Shown: positions 47,701 through 55,272, counted from the first letter of the stretch. The stretch: 64,000 nt of DNA from Thermoplasmata archaeon (GCA_030037875.1 JASHPV010000007.1:10041-74040); one strand, 5' to 3'. Notes: generated by a model not told the origin, from the letters alone. A program made the numbers and translations.

Positions 47701-48320
47701 GCACGGACACGAACCACCCGCCCGTCGTCCTCGGCGCCGTGCTCGTGTCGAATCGCGCGCAAACCGTGGGCACTTCGGTTCCCTCCCCCACGGTCTCCAT
47801 CATCCCGGTACCCGCGATTACCGTGGGCCCCGGCTTGAGCCCCACGGTGACGCTGAAGACCGCGACGGTGAGCTTTGTCGTCCAGAACACGGGGAACTCT
47901 CCTTACTCGGCCGCGGTGAGCGTCGTCAACCAGGCGGAACTGGAACAGCTCGGCTGGTCGGTCGCGTTGATGAAGGGCCTCGGCGCGGTGACCGCGCCGT
48001 ACGACTTCGCGCCGGGTCAATCGATCACGTTCTCGGTCGTGCTCTCCACAACTTCCTTCGCCCAGGCGCCGGGTACCGTGGTGGTTCAGGCCGTCGACCT
48101 GAATTCGTCGGGCAACGTCGTCGCGTCCGCGGAGCTCCCGGTGCCCATCGCCTCCATCGCGGCCCCGAGCGGTATCTCCGTCAGCGGCCCGAACGTCGGC
48201 TCCCCGCCCATCATACCAGACTGGGGGTGGACCGTGATCGCCATTCTCCCCGCGGTGGCCTTCCTCGGGATCGTGCTAACGGTCCGATGGTGGCGTACCC
48301 GCCGGTGGACCCGGAGGTGA
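41760..48320 (+). CDS. aglB: Oligosaccharyltransferase AglB (STT3 family) with a very long C-terminal extracytoplasmic extension and C-terminal TM anchor
   Basis: 2186 aa. N-terminal ~13-TM STT3 core with WWDYG motif (FISWWDYGFQA). ~1300 aa of repeated beta-sandwich-like segments (GTVTLPDGTPVPGARLTVYDG, GTVKLEDGTPAVGATVTISD). Ends ...ILPAVAFLGIVLTVRWWRTRRWTRR. Confidence 0.85.
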   Translation: MDSESGSWWSRYGWTTTILLVAFAAAFIVRVIFSLSVFEQWGWLYVYGGGSDSFYHWRVADYILTNHTNLIHDSLLKYPVGATNPREPLFDWMNAILGIIFAPIFGGSAVNAAAFFLNLDPPLWSALSVFPIYLIGKEVSSKRMGLVAAITYPFVVGSIQAATLGYANYLPFYTFFILIYFYAYLRTAKLVGTKTYITSFRHPSEVLAGLRRFLREDRLAVKWAVFAGVSLGALALAWQGYPLAVAIVIISLAVIMVVERIRRIDSVNLYLATWIAGLVGFPMAVPYYLAQHLFATWFDLPLLIYFGGLVLLLPFVLLRQYPWVVTVPLLGGVVLAGLAGFAFIAPASFQTLITGQGYFAKTLIYSTVAEAQAPSFDALVLSYGVLTFFLAFVGLGLFAIHLIRQRFRREHALFVVFAVVSIYLPVSAAKFFYLGSPAFALLPAEALLLILDVAGYPQLRRTAASLSGTRGQFTAFRRAFKARHVLVLLLIVVILVPNVWYAVDAGIPYNTKATYSTQVYDTLPPALRTTPANASSFYLGASGTELDTPNQYDEAGYNWLATQDTNLAPAARPAFISWWDYGFQAIAEGQHPSVADNFQNGIPAAGNFLLAQNESLAIGVLATTLLQAEEETSGYAYLPPALNAILASDGVNVAELHTLLANTSADLPLVIDHPERYLPVNPKTITATNAMFDAVSWFLANTLPENGVAQVYDDIQTYTGWTIRYAMVDDRLFPFSGTNTGIFYAPADLTGRVIGLDGAPTSYYTIEAVGSDGNVYPINAVPSGVSVVNYVLNQLAPFYNSMIYRIYMGYNGTDIGLSAGIPSLEGSLTSYTPEPGWMLQHFEVAYRTAFYSPTPTTSSSACDIATNLPEAALLAAKTNGTANVGPDCYFSSGESILEYYPGEILSGTVTLPDGTPVPGARLTVYDGWHIPHQTVLTSADGGFSVILPPGNDTLNLTSGPLQGLAQNGTELLDSIPLVVDPALGFSLEAPPIAQNFVLQPGSVNGFVYWNATGNSTYDSSVDPVAVGANVTLGGPGLRTYNATTDTDGSFRLTDVAPGVYNFTVRAGGATFSQGQLAVRPGAAANATAGLVPSKVTGTVKLEDGTPAVGATVTISDPAGLLEAAATNGSGSYTFANLVPGNYSVKAESGVNLAANATAVALNQTVKTVTQNLTLIPVVPVDFEVEAGGAPVPGFVVRMTPIRETSGLPGAQAPRPTDALVFTSDATGYVHANLPAGNYSIYGYGPVGSTFLAGFESAYLPTVGARIAVAPLQLSPAASLSGRSPLPAEVPTVDLSATQVALYDSAGNELTFFANSTGSWSVMAPVGNYSVQALAVGIAAGALNYSAVGYVDLSRATSVSLPLTPAFRYSTQVGTLVPPDATFYPASASEVHLTVNPAGATISTLTDYNGSTSFLLPTAEPDTTYCLAVQSNGYGSYSACSLSVGELTAISRVILPLFNDTLSVTVTGLPSGAMLRLNATSLGPPAQTLSVAGGASFDVSLAPGTYQITAWAPPASGAGVYLPAQSVNVTLPLGGITVSLGVQLYFQLAAKGVLSLPTGVTASAVQLKVYAPPFNFSVSGTVFEKGFDIAPGVYSVYASALVSGVSYASLSQVTVSSSGVATPTVSLASGVSLTATLVGPGGAPLNLTAPVYWSGPDDSQLYSVAVDGTVTLSLPGSAIYTPQLNVTLTTSVNGILRYVTYAVVPGTSCSVGTTASECSIPLSATYLAAGIAGQFDWNGAPLTIPGTVQLMGPFPSTNISVVTTTNGLFTAAVLPGVYTLYATAGSGAGVVASLVQVTVPFPSTNITVDLAPAWTDTLTLLAPSGVSSSPTGNVTWTNAAGVSWTVSGVPLGVVEGWVLPQGVWTVSANGTMAPYGRPVSALATGTVSLVTGNQATNLVLIPQFTPAVTIATRLPDTATVPAGGLATFSFTVQNTGNEPVTIRFYGDPAAWNFTFTPATMTLGVGSGNSTGGGTVLVRIPLGTDTNHPPVVLGAVLVSNRAQTVGTSVPSPTVSIIPVPAITVGPGLSPTVTLKTATVSFVVQNTGNSPYSAAVSVVNQAELEQLGWSVALMKGLGAVTAPYDFAPGQSITFSVVLSTTSFAQAPGTVVVQAVDLNSSGNVVASAELPVPIASIAAPSGISVSGPNVGSPPIIPDWGWTVIAILPAVAFLGIVLTVRWWRTRRWTRR

Positions 48321-48410
48321 GCGGATCTGTCCACGTGGTCTGACCGGCGCGCCCTCCGTCTCCTGGCCTGTGTAGGGCTCCTGGCAATCCTGGCCTTCAC
48401 CCTCCTGGGT

Positions 48411-49151
48411 TTGCCGGCCCCGGCTCACGCCTCGACAACCTATCCGAAGATCATGGAGACGACGACCGGTCCCTCGGTGGTGGGCCGGACGCTCCAGGTG
48501 CAGTACGTGGTCACCGGCTCCGGCGGACCGGCGGAGGCGCCGAACGGGACCACCGTCGGCAACATCACGTACAACGCAACGCTCAGCGGGAACAACGTCA
48601 CCTCCGCGCTGATCGCGCCGCCCACGGGCGTCCTCGTGAACGGGAGCGTGATCCTCCGATTCACCGCCCCCAACGTGACGGAGCTCGTCAAGCTCCGCAT
48701 CGAGCTGACCTCGAGCTACGACAACCACAACGAATCGATGAACTTCACCAATTCGATCCAGGTCGTGCCGCCGTACGTCCTCGCCGGACTCCTGGTCGCC
48801 GGCCCGACCACGGTCACCGGGTTTAACATGACCGTCACGCTCGACGGCGTACCGGTCGGCCAGGTGGTCGTGCCCACGATCTCGGCGAACGGGTCGTACC
48901 GGTTCACCTACGACTACGTACCGGTGAGCCTGAGCCCCGGTTGGCATACGATCGCCGTCTCGCTCACGCCCGAGCACGGCCTGGTGACGTTCCAAGGCGG
49001 CGTGGAGCAGCTGAGCGCGCAATTTTTCATCACCAGTGCGCCGCCCGACTACGCGCTCGATGTGGGGATCGGCGTCGCCGCCTTCGCCGTGGCCGTCTTT
49101 ATATGGGGCTCGGTGGTGGGCGCGCGCCGCCGGGGCCGGCGGCCTCGCTAG
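48411..49151 (+). CDS. Sequon-rich surface protein with C-terminal TM anchor plus Arg-rich tail. True N-terminus (signal peptide) lies in frame upstream, directly after the aglB stop
   Basis: Track start is TTG 48411. In-frame upstream codons 48321..48410 encode ...DRRALRLLACVGLLAILAFTLLGLPAPAHA|ST, a classic signal peptide, with no ATG/GTG/TTG. Sequons NGT, NIT, NAT, NVT, NGS. C-terminal ...FAVAVFIWGSVVGARRRGRRPR. Confidence 0.5.
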   Translation: MPAPAHASTTYPKIMETTTGPSVVGRTLQVQYVVTGSGGPAEAPNGTTVGNITYNATLSGNNVTSALIAPPTGVLVNGSVILRFTAPNVTELVKLRIELTSSYDNHNESMNFTNSIQVVPPYVLAGLLVAGPTTVTGFNMTVTLDGVPVGQVVVPTISANGSYRFTYDYVPVSLSPGWHTIAVSLTPEHGLVTFQGGVEQLSAQFFITSAPPDYALDVGIGVAAFAVAVFIWGSVVGARRRGRRPR

Positions 49152-49167
49152 GCCCCGGCATGAACCG

Positions 49168-49341
49168 ATGATCGCGCGCGCGGACCTCCGGTGCACCTCG
49201 TGTGGCCGGGGCTTGACCGCTCCCGGAGCGACGGCGTTTCTCTGTCCGTCCTGCGGCATCGAGACCATCGGACGCGATGCCCGGTGCCGGGACCAGAGCG
49301 TGCCGTACAAGTGCACGAACTGCGGCTTCGTGGGTCCCTGA
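49168..49341 (+). CDS. Small zinc-ribbon protein (conserved partner upstream of aEF-1beta)
   Basis: 57 aa: MIARADLRCTSCGRGL...FLCPSCGIE...CRDQSVPYKCTNCGF. Confidence 0.6.
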   Translation: MIARADLRCTSCGRGLTAPGATAFLCPSCGIETIGRDARCRDQSVPYKCTNCGFVGP

Positions 49342-49356
49342 CCGGTGAGGCGCACG

Positions 49357-49622
49357 TGGGCGAAGTCGTGGTACTGTTCCGCCTGATGCCTCACGGCGTC
49401 GAGACGGACATGAACGCCCTGGCCGCCGGGGTCCAGCGCGCCGTGCCGGAGGGCGTCAAGATTCGAGGGATGCAGATCAAGGACGTGGCGTACGGGCTCA
49501 AGTCGTTGCTCGTCGCGGCGGCGATGCCCGACGCGGGCGGGGTCCTCGACCGGTTCGAGGAGGCTCTCGCCAAGGTATCCGGGGTCGAGTCCGTCGAGGT
49601 CATGGAAGAAAGCCTGGTGTAG
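49357..49622 (+). CDS. Translation elongation factor aEF-1 beta
   Basis: GTG start giving MGEVVVLFRLMPHGVETDMNALAAGVQ...GVESVEVMEESLV (~88 aa), the typical aEF-1beta pattern. Confidence 0.85.
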
Positions 49623-49955
49623 TCGCCCTCGGGGACGCGTGCTCGCGGTCCCGTACGGGCAGTTTCTCGAGGCGTATCTCCTCGCTTACGGGACCGTGGG
49701 GTACGGGCCTTGACACCTGGCCGCCGGAATCCGGGTCTCCCTCGCTCCCAACGGAACGGCGTGCACGAAGTCGTCGTAGCTCAATCCCAGCACCTGGACA
49801 GAGGGGTTCGCGGAGAGGCTCGTGCCGGCCTCGGCGCGGCGCTCGGAACACCTCGCAAACCCTTTTCTCCCGAGTTACTCTGGTTCGCGCGCGGCCGGGA
49901 TGGGGTAGTCTGGCCTATCCTGGGGGACTGTGGATCCCTCGACCCGGGTTCAAAT

Positions 49956-49980
49956 GGGGACGGGGACACCCCCCGTCCCC
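49956..49980. other. Perfect 10-bp stem hairpin GGGGACGGGG-acacc-CCCCGTCCCC in the intergenic region between convergent genes
   Basis: Read directly in the sequence. Lies ~20 nt beyond the stop of the minus-strand HAD gene and inside the tRNA-like region 49890..50000. Confidence 0.3.
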
Positions 49981-50000
49981 GGAGAGTCTCGGTCCCGGCC

Positions 50001-50831
50001 CTACTTCTTTCCTCGGCCCGGCCGCGGGGTCCGGCGAGTGGATTTCCGTTCGATCTTTTCGAGAGCCTCGGGGAGGTGGGACAGCGATGGGTCGGCCCAG
50101 GCAGCGCCCCATTGCTCGAGGTCCTTGGGCGTGAGCGCCCAACCCGGTAGGCTCGAGGCCCGACCGAGGGCCGTTACGCCCGGAACGGAGGAGGCGGCCT
50201 CCATATCGAATCGCGAATCCCCGACCAGGAAAATCGGAACGCCCGGGAACCGGCGCCGATATTCGGCGAGATGCTCCCGCTTCGTCCCTTGGCCCGCGCC
50301 GAGAACCGCCTCGAACCAGTATCGGATGCCTTCCCGCTCGAGGAGCAGGTCCGCGATCTCTTTCTCGGCCCCGGTGGACACGACGAGCGTCCACTTGTCC
50401 TGGGACAGCCGCTTCAGCACCCGAGGAATCTCGGGGAATGGATGTGCTGTGCCGTACGCCTCCTTCGCCTTCCGCTGGTGGAATATTCGGGCGACCTTGT
50501 GCCGCTCGACGGCGGGCACATCCGGGTAGAGCTGGGCGAGTTGCGCTTCGAAGGGCAGTCCCGTGGTCGCCAGGTAATGGATCCGTGCCTCGTCGGCCGG
50601 CGTCCCGAACGCCTTCGTCATCACATCCGCGGCCACTTCGCTGATGTGGTTCAGGTCGTCCAGGATGGTGCCGTCCAGGTCGAACACGACCACGCCCCGG
50701 GCGACCTTTCGCGGCTCCGGCAAAGGTTCCTCCGGGAGGGGAGAGGGTTCCGGCGTGTCGAGGGATTTGTTCGCTAGAACCGGCAACGGGATGACCGGTT
50801 CGTTCTCCATCGGAGAAGGCTCCGGGGCCAT
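50001..50831 (-). CDS. HAD-superfamily hydrolase with Pro/Glu-rich N-terminal extension
   Basis: Motif I VVFDLDGTILDD, motif IV LVGDSRFD. Internal ATG 50831 (MAPEPSPMENEP...) of ORF 50001..51050. Confidence 0.75.
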   Translation of the reverse strand: MAPEPSPMENEPVIPLPVLANKSLDTPEPSPLPEEPLPEPRKVARGVVVFDLDGTILDDLNHISEVAADVMTKAFGTPADEARIHYLATTGLPFEAQLAQLYPDVPAVERHKVARIFHQRKAKEAYGTAHPFPEIPRVLKRLSQDKWTLVVSTGAEKEIADLLLEREGIRYWFEAVLGAGQGTKREHLAEYRRRFPGVPIFLVGDSRFDMEAASSVPGVTALGRASSLPGWALTPKDLEQWGAAWADPSLSHLPEALEKIERKSTRRTPRPGRGKK

Positions 50832-51011
50832 CTCACCCACATGCGGAGGGGTCTCCTCTCGCCGGGAGGGGGTCACAGCGCCTTCGAACCGACAGGGCAG
50901 ATAAAGCACGCCGCGTCCGTCCGGCTGGCGCCGCGATATAAGTCCCCCCTCGTTGCCCCCGGAACGCGGGCCGTCGGTCCCAGGCCGGGACATCCCAGCC
51001 CACGGCAATCC

Positions 51012-52298
51012 ATGCATCCGAGCGACGCCATCCGCGGACGGCGTTCCCAATTGCTATCCGGTCGTCGGATCGTCCTGGGAGTATCCGGCTCGATCGCCGC
51101 CGTCGAGGTCCCCCGAATCATTCGGGAGCTGATCCGACACGGCGCGGATGTCCAGGTCGTCATGTCCGCCGAAGCGGCGCGACTCGTCACACCGGAAAGT
51201 CTCCGCTTCGCGAGCGGACACCCCCCGATCCTGGAGCTCACCGGAGACGTAGAGCACGTGACCTGGCTCGGTCCTGGTGAGAAGCGGGCCGACCTCCTCC
51301 TTATCGCTCCCGCGACGGCCAACACCATTTCGAAGATCGCGCAGGGGATCGACGACACCCCCGTCACGACGTTTGCCTCCGTGGCCCTGGGAGGCCACGT
51401 ACCGATCCTCCTCGCCCCCGCGATGCATGCATCGATGGGAGAGAATCCGGCGGTGAGGACCAATCTCGACCGGCTCCGGACCTGGGGTGTCGAGGTCATC
51501 CAGCCCCGAGTGGAAGAGAGCGAGGAGAAGGTCGCATCCCCCGAGGAGATCGCCGCGGCGGTGCTCCATCGCTTGGCGCGCGGTCCGTGGGCCGGACGCC
51601 AGGTGATCGTGATCGGAGGCGCTTCCCACGAACCGATCGACGACGTCCGATCGATTACGAACGAGAGCAGCGGCGAGACGGCCGTGGCACTTGCCGTCCA
51701 GGCGCACTACCGCGGGGCTCGGGTCTCGCTCTGGATGGGAGCGGCGAGCGTCCCGGTGCCTTCTTTCGTCACCGAGATCCGGTGGTCGTCGGTGGAGAAC
51801 CTTCGGCGGTTGGTGATTCGAGAAACGAAGGCGCTCGCCACCGCGGACGCCGTCTGGATTCCAGCCGCCCTGGCCGACTACACCGTGAAGGCGCGGCCGG
51901 AGAAGATCGACTCTCGCAGGACGCCCCGCCTGACGCTCTCGCTCGGTCCCACCCCGAAGATCCTCCCCGAGATTCGGCGCCATGTGACGGCGCCGGGCAT
52001 TGTCGTGGGATTCAAACTAGTGAGCCGGCAGACGCCCGAGGCGCTCCGCGAACAAGCACAGAAGCTCCTCGAGGAGGTCGGTCTCGATGCGGTGGTCGGC
52101 AACGACCGCTCCGTCATGGGAGCCGCTCAGGCGGAGGTGCTGCTGTTGCGGAAGGACGGCCGGAGCCATTGGATCCGAGGGCCGAAGGCTGAGGTGGCGG
52201 GTCGACTGCTCGACGAGCTGGGACGGGACTTAGTGTATCGGACGGAGACGCGAACCGCTACGGGATCGAGAGCCCGAACGCGCCGACCACGCCGTTGA
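51012..52298 (+). CDS. coaBC: Bifunctional phosphopantothenoylcysteine decarboxylase / phosphopantothenate--cysteine ligase (CoaBC/Dfp)
   Basis: Internal ATG 51012. N-terminal flavoprotein domain (IVLGVSGSIAA...PATANTISKIAQGIDDTPV) plus C-terminal DFP/CoaB domain. Confidence 0.9.
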   Translation: MHPSDAIRGRRSQLLSGRRIVLGVSGSIAAVEVPRIIRELIRHGADVQVVMSAEAARLVTPESLRFASGHPPILELTGDVEHVTWLGPGEKRADLLLIAPATANTISKIAQGIDDTPVTTFASVALGGHVPILLAPAMHASMGENPAVRTNLDRLRTWGVEVIQPRVEESEEKVASPEEIAAAVLHRLARGPWAGRQVIVIGGASHEPIDDVRSITNESSGETAVALAVQAHYRGARVSLWMGAASVPVPSFVTEIRWSSVENLRRLVIRETKALATADAVWIPAALADYTVKARPEKIDSRRTPRLTLSLGPTPKILPEIRRHVTAPGIVVGFKLVSRQTPEALREQAQKLLEEVGLDAVVGNDRSVMGAAQAEVLLLRKDGRSHWIRGPKAEVAGRLLDELGRDLVYRTETRTATGSRARTRRPRR

Positions 52299-52902
52299 TC
52301 ACGAACTGTACGGCGATCGCCGCCAAGAGTAAGCCCATGACCCGACTGATCGCGATCACCCCTACGCGGCCCACCCGTTCGAGGATCTGGACCCCAAGGC
52401 GCAGCACGACGTAGCTCAGGATCATCACCAGTACGACCGCCGCGTAGAGGGTCACGCTCGCCTCAATACTTCCCGACGCGCTTTGCGCGAAGATGACCAC
52501 TGAGGAGATGGCCCCCGGGCCCGCGAGGAGCGGCATCCCCAAGGGAACAATCCCCACCTCCTCGCGCCGCGAGAGAAGCTCCGTTTGGTCCATGGGGGTG
52601 AGCTTTCCCCCCGGTACCTCCCCGAAGAGCATGTTGAAGGCGATCGCGAACAGAAGGATCCCGCCGGCGATCTCGAAGGAGTAGATCGTGAAGTGCAGCA
52701 GGAAGAAGATGTATCGTCCCAGGATCGCGAACGCGAGCAGGAGCGCGGTAGCGAAGAGGGTGGATCGCCCGATGACGTACTCCCGGTCGGCCGCGCTGAA
52801 CCCTTGGGTGAGCGAGATGAAAAACGGAAGCATCCCCACCGGGTCTACGATGACAAACAGGGTGACAAAGGCCAGTAACCCGATAGTCAGACCCGACTCC
52901 AA
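52258..52902 (-). CDS. marC: MarC-family (UPF0056) integral membrane protein
   Basis: 214 aa, 6 TM helices. Typical MarC N-terminus (LAFVTLFVIVDPVGMLPFF). Confidence 0.85.
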   Translation of the reverse strand: MESGLTIGLLAFVTLFVIVDPVGMLPFFISLTQGFSAADREYVIGRSTLFATALLLAFAILGRYIFFLLHFTIYSFEIAGGILLFAIAFNMLFGEVPGGKLTPMDQTELLSRREEVGIVPLGMPLLAGPGAISSVVIFAQSASGSIEASVTLYAAVVLVMILSYVVLRLGVQILERVGRVGVIAISRVMGLLLAAIAVQFVINGVVGAFGLSIP

Positions 52903-52975
52903 AGTGGCCGCCGGAGTCGGGGACCCCCGGTGGGATTAATAAGGCGCCCGGCTCGGGCGCGCCCGAGGGGACCTC

Positions 52976-54127
52976 GTGGTCAAACTCGCCGAGTGGCGCG
53001 GCAAGGAAATCTTCCGCCGCTACGGCATCCCGGTCCCCAAGGGTCGCGTGGTCCGGAGCGCGGCCGAGGCCGACGAGCTGCTCCGGTCCGGCGCACTCTC
53101 CCTTCCGTTAGTGGTCAAGGCTCAGGTCCTGGCCGGAGGTCGTGGCAAAGGCGGTGCGGTGAAGTTCGCCTCCACGCCCGAAGAGCTCCGGGCCGTAGTC
53201 TCCGGGATGCTTGGCATGCGATTCAAGGACGAGACCGTGAAGGAGCTCCTGCTCGAGCCGAAGGTCGCGGTCGGCCGGGAATTGTACCTCTCGATCGCGC
53301 TCGACCGGAGCGCTCGAGAACCGCTGCTCATCGCGAGCGCGCAGGGGGGAGTCGACATCGAGTCGATGGCCGATGACCAGCTCCTCCGGATCGAAGTGCA
53401 TCCCTTTGCGGGGCTGGCCTCCTACGAGAAGCGCCAGGTGGCCACGTCATTCGGACTCGAGCCCCCCGCGTCCAAAGAGCTCGGGAACGTGCTGGAAGCC
53501 GTCTGGAAAGCGTTCCAGCTGGAGGACGCGGAGCTCGTGGAAATCAACCCGTTGGCGGTCGTGGACGGGCATCTCCTCGCACTGGACGCGAAGGTTGTCA
53601 TCGAGGACGACGCGGGGTTCCGGCACCCGGAGTACGCGGAGATCCTGGACGACCGGACCCCCCTGGAGGAGATCGCCCGTGAGAAGGAGATCGCCTTCGT
53701 GCAGCTCGACGGCGACATCGGAGTCATCGCGAATGGGGCAGGGCTGACCATGGCGACCCTGGACGTGTTGGCCCAGTTCGGCGGACGGCCCGGCGTTTTC
53801 CTCGACCTGGGCGGCACCGACGACCCGAACAAGGTGACCGAAGCGTTCCTGCTGATGGCCAAGGCCCACCCCTCGGTGGTCTTTCTGAACATTTTCGGCG
53901 GAGTGACTCGCTGCGACACCGTGGCCAAGGGGCTGGTTGCCGCGATGAAACTGGTGCCGGAGGAGGATCGGTTCCCGCTCGTTGCTCGGATCCGGGGTAA
54001 CAACGAGGATCTCGGGCGGCAGATCCTTCAGGCCGCGGGTATCACGGCCCTTTCCGACCTCAAGGCCTCCGCCCAGGCCGTGGTCGCCGCCGAACGTCCT
54101 CGGGTCGCTGGGAAGGCGCCGACGTGA
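52976..54127 (+). CDS. sucC: Succinyl-CoA synthetase beta subunit (ATP-grasp)
   Basis: GTG start. ATP-grasp motifs. 16-bp palindrome CTCGGGCGCGCCCGAG (52952..52967) and ATTAATAA box in the divergent upstream region. Confidence 0.9.
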   Translation: MVKLAEWRGKEIFRRYGIPVPKGRVVRSAAEADELLRSGALSLPLVVKAQVLAGGRGKGGAVKFASTPEELRAVVSGMLGMRFKDETVKELLLEPKVAVGRELYLSIALDRSAREPLLIASAQGGVDIESMADDQLLRIEVHPFAGLASYEKRQVATSFGLEPPASKELGNVLEAVWKAFQLEDAELVEINPLAVVDGHLLALDAKVVIEDDAGFRHPEYAEILDDRTPLEEIAREKEIAFVQLDGDIGVIANGAGLTMATLDVLAQFGGRPGVFLDLGGTDDPNKVTEAFLLMAKAHPSVVFLNIFGGVTRCDTVAKGLVAAMKLVPEEDRFPLVARIRGNNEDLGRQILQAAGITALSDLKASAQAVVAAERPRVAGKAPT

Positions 54128-55008
54128 CCGTCCTCGTCGACTCCGGCACCCGCGTGGTGGTTCAGGGAATCACGGGACACCAGGGCACCGTCCACACGGT
54201 GCAGATGAAACTGTTCGGGACTCAGGTCGTCGCCGGGGTCACCCCTGGGAAGGGGGGCTCGCAGGTCGAGGGCGTCCCCGTGTTCGATTCCGTGGCGGAG
54301 GCCGTCGCGAAGACGGGGGCCAACGTTTCGGTGATCTTCGTGCCGGCCCCGTTCGCGAAAGACGCTTTCTTCGAGGCCGCCGACGCTGGAATCCCGCTGG
54401 TCGTCATTGTCACGGAGCACATTCCGTTCCACGACATGCTGACGATGTACTACTACGGGCGGCTCCGGGGAACCCGAATCATCGGGCCCAACTGTCCGGG
54501 CATCGCGGCTCCGGGAAAGGCCAAAGCGGGGATCATCCCGAACGTAGTGTTCCGTCCGGGCCGGGTGGGCGTCATCTCGCGCAGCGGGACCCTGACCTAC
54601 GAGATCGTGAACGGGATCAAGGAAGTGGGACTCGGCCAGAGCACGTGCATCGGTCTCGGGGGAGACCCGGTCATCGGGACGACGTTTGTGGACGCGCTGC
54701 CCCTTTTCGACCGGGACCCGGACACCGACTTGCTCGTGCTGGTGGGCGAGATCGGCGGGACGGCGGAAGAAGAGGCCGCGGAGTACATTCGGCACCACTT
54801 CTCGAAGCCCGTGGTCGCCTACATCGCCGGCCGGTCGGCGCCTCCGGGGAAGCGGATGGGCCACGCGGGCGCCATCATCGCCCGAGGTCGCGGGACGGCC
54901 GCGAGCAAGCTCAGCGCGCTCCAGGCCGCGGGAGCGACCGTGGCCGACTTCCCGTACGACGTACCGACCCTCGTGGCCCAGCGCCTCAAGGAGCTGGGAA
55001 GTCGATGA
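54124..55008 (+). CDS. sucD: Succinyl-CoA synthetase alpha subunit
   Basis: GTGA overlap with the sucC stop. CoA-binding GITGHQG. Catalytic-His region SRSGTLTYE...MGHAGAI. Confidence 0.95.
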   Translation: MTVLVDSGTRVVVQGITGHQGTVHTVQMKLFGTQVVAGVTPGKGGSQVEGVPVFDSVAEAVAKTGANVSVIFVPAPFAKDAFFEAADAGIPLVVIVTEHIPFHDMLTMYYYGRLRGTRIIGPNCPGIAAPGKAKAGIIPNVVFRPGRVGVISRSGTLTYEIVNGIKEVGLGQSTCIGLGGDPVIGTTFVDALPLFDRDPDTDLLVLVGEIGGTAEEEAAEYIRHHFSKPVVAYIAGRSAPPGKRMGHAGAIIARGRGTAASKLSALQAAGATVADFPYDVPTLVAQRLKELGSR

Positions 55009-55220
55009 GCCCTCACGCATCGGGCCCGGACGAGGCGACGCCGTGCGCGATTCCGGGCTGCGGCGGGGCGTCCGTTCGCTCGCTCGCGCGGTCGGAGGTC
55101 AGGAAAGCCTTTCCCAATCTCTCCGAGGAGGGGCGCCGGGCTCCCCTCTGTAAGGACCATTACAAGCAGTGGAAGAAGGCCACGAAAGAAGAGCGTACGC
55201 TCGAACGCCTCGCCTGGTGA
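55005..55220 (+). CDS. Small Cys/His zinc-finger-like protein, translationally coupled to sucD
   Basis: 71 aa: CAIPGCGG...[13 protein letters not shown] overlap with the sucD stop. Confidence 0.4.
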   Translation: MSPHASGPDEATPCAIPGCGGASVRSLARSEVRKAFPNLSEEGRRAPLCKDHYKQWKKATKEERTLERLAW

Positions 55221-55272
55221 ATCCCGGCCGGGACGCGGGGAGCGAAGGGTACCGCCCCCCCCGGCGCCCTCG

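Noticed and set aside
42114-48020. Multiple long ORFs antisense to or out of frame with aglB (e.g. 42114..43532-, 42425..43948+, 43695..45449-, 46221..48020-, 46907..48343+)
   Set aside because: Same reasoning: low-complexity Arg/Gly/Asp-rich products. aglB's frame is supported by the STT3 core, the WWDYG motif and a coherent repeat architecture.
49623-50000. Intergenic region as SRP (7S) RNA or RNase P RNA gene
   Set aside because: Conserved landmarks (SRP helix 8 AGGAAG...GNRA context; RNase P P4 GGAAAGTCC...ACNRAA...GGCYUA) were not seen. The motifs present are tRNA-like, so it is reported as an unresolved tRNA-like/ncRNA candidate instead.
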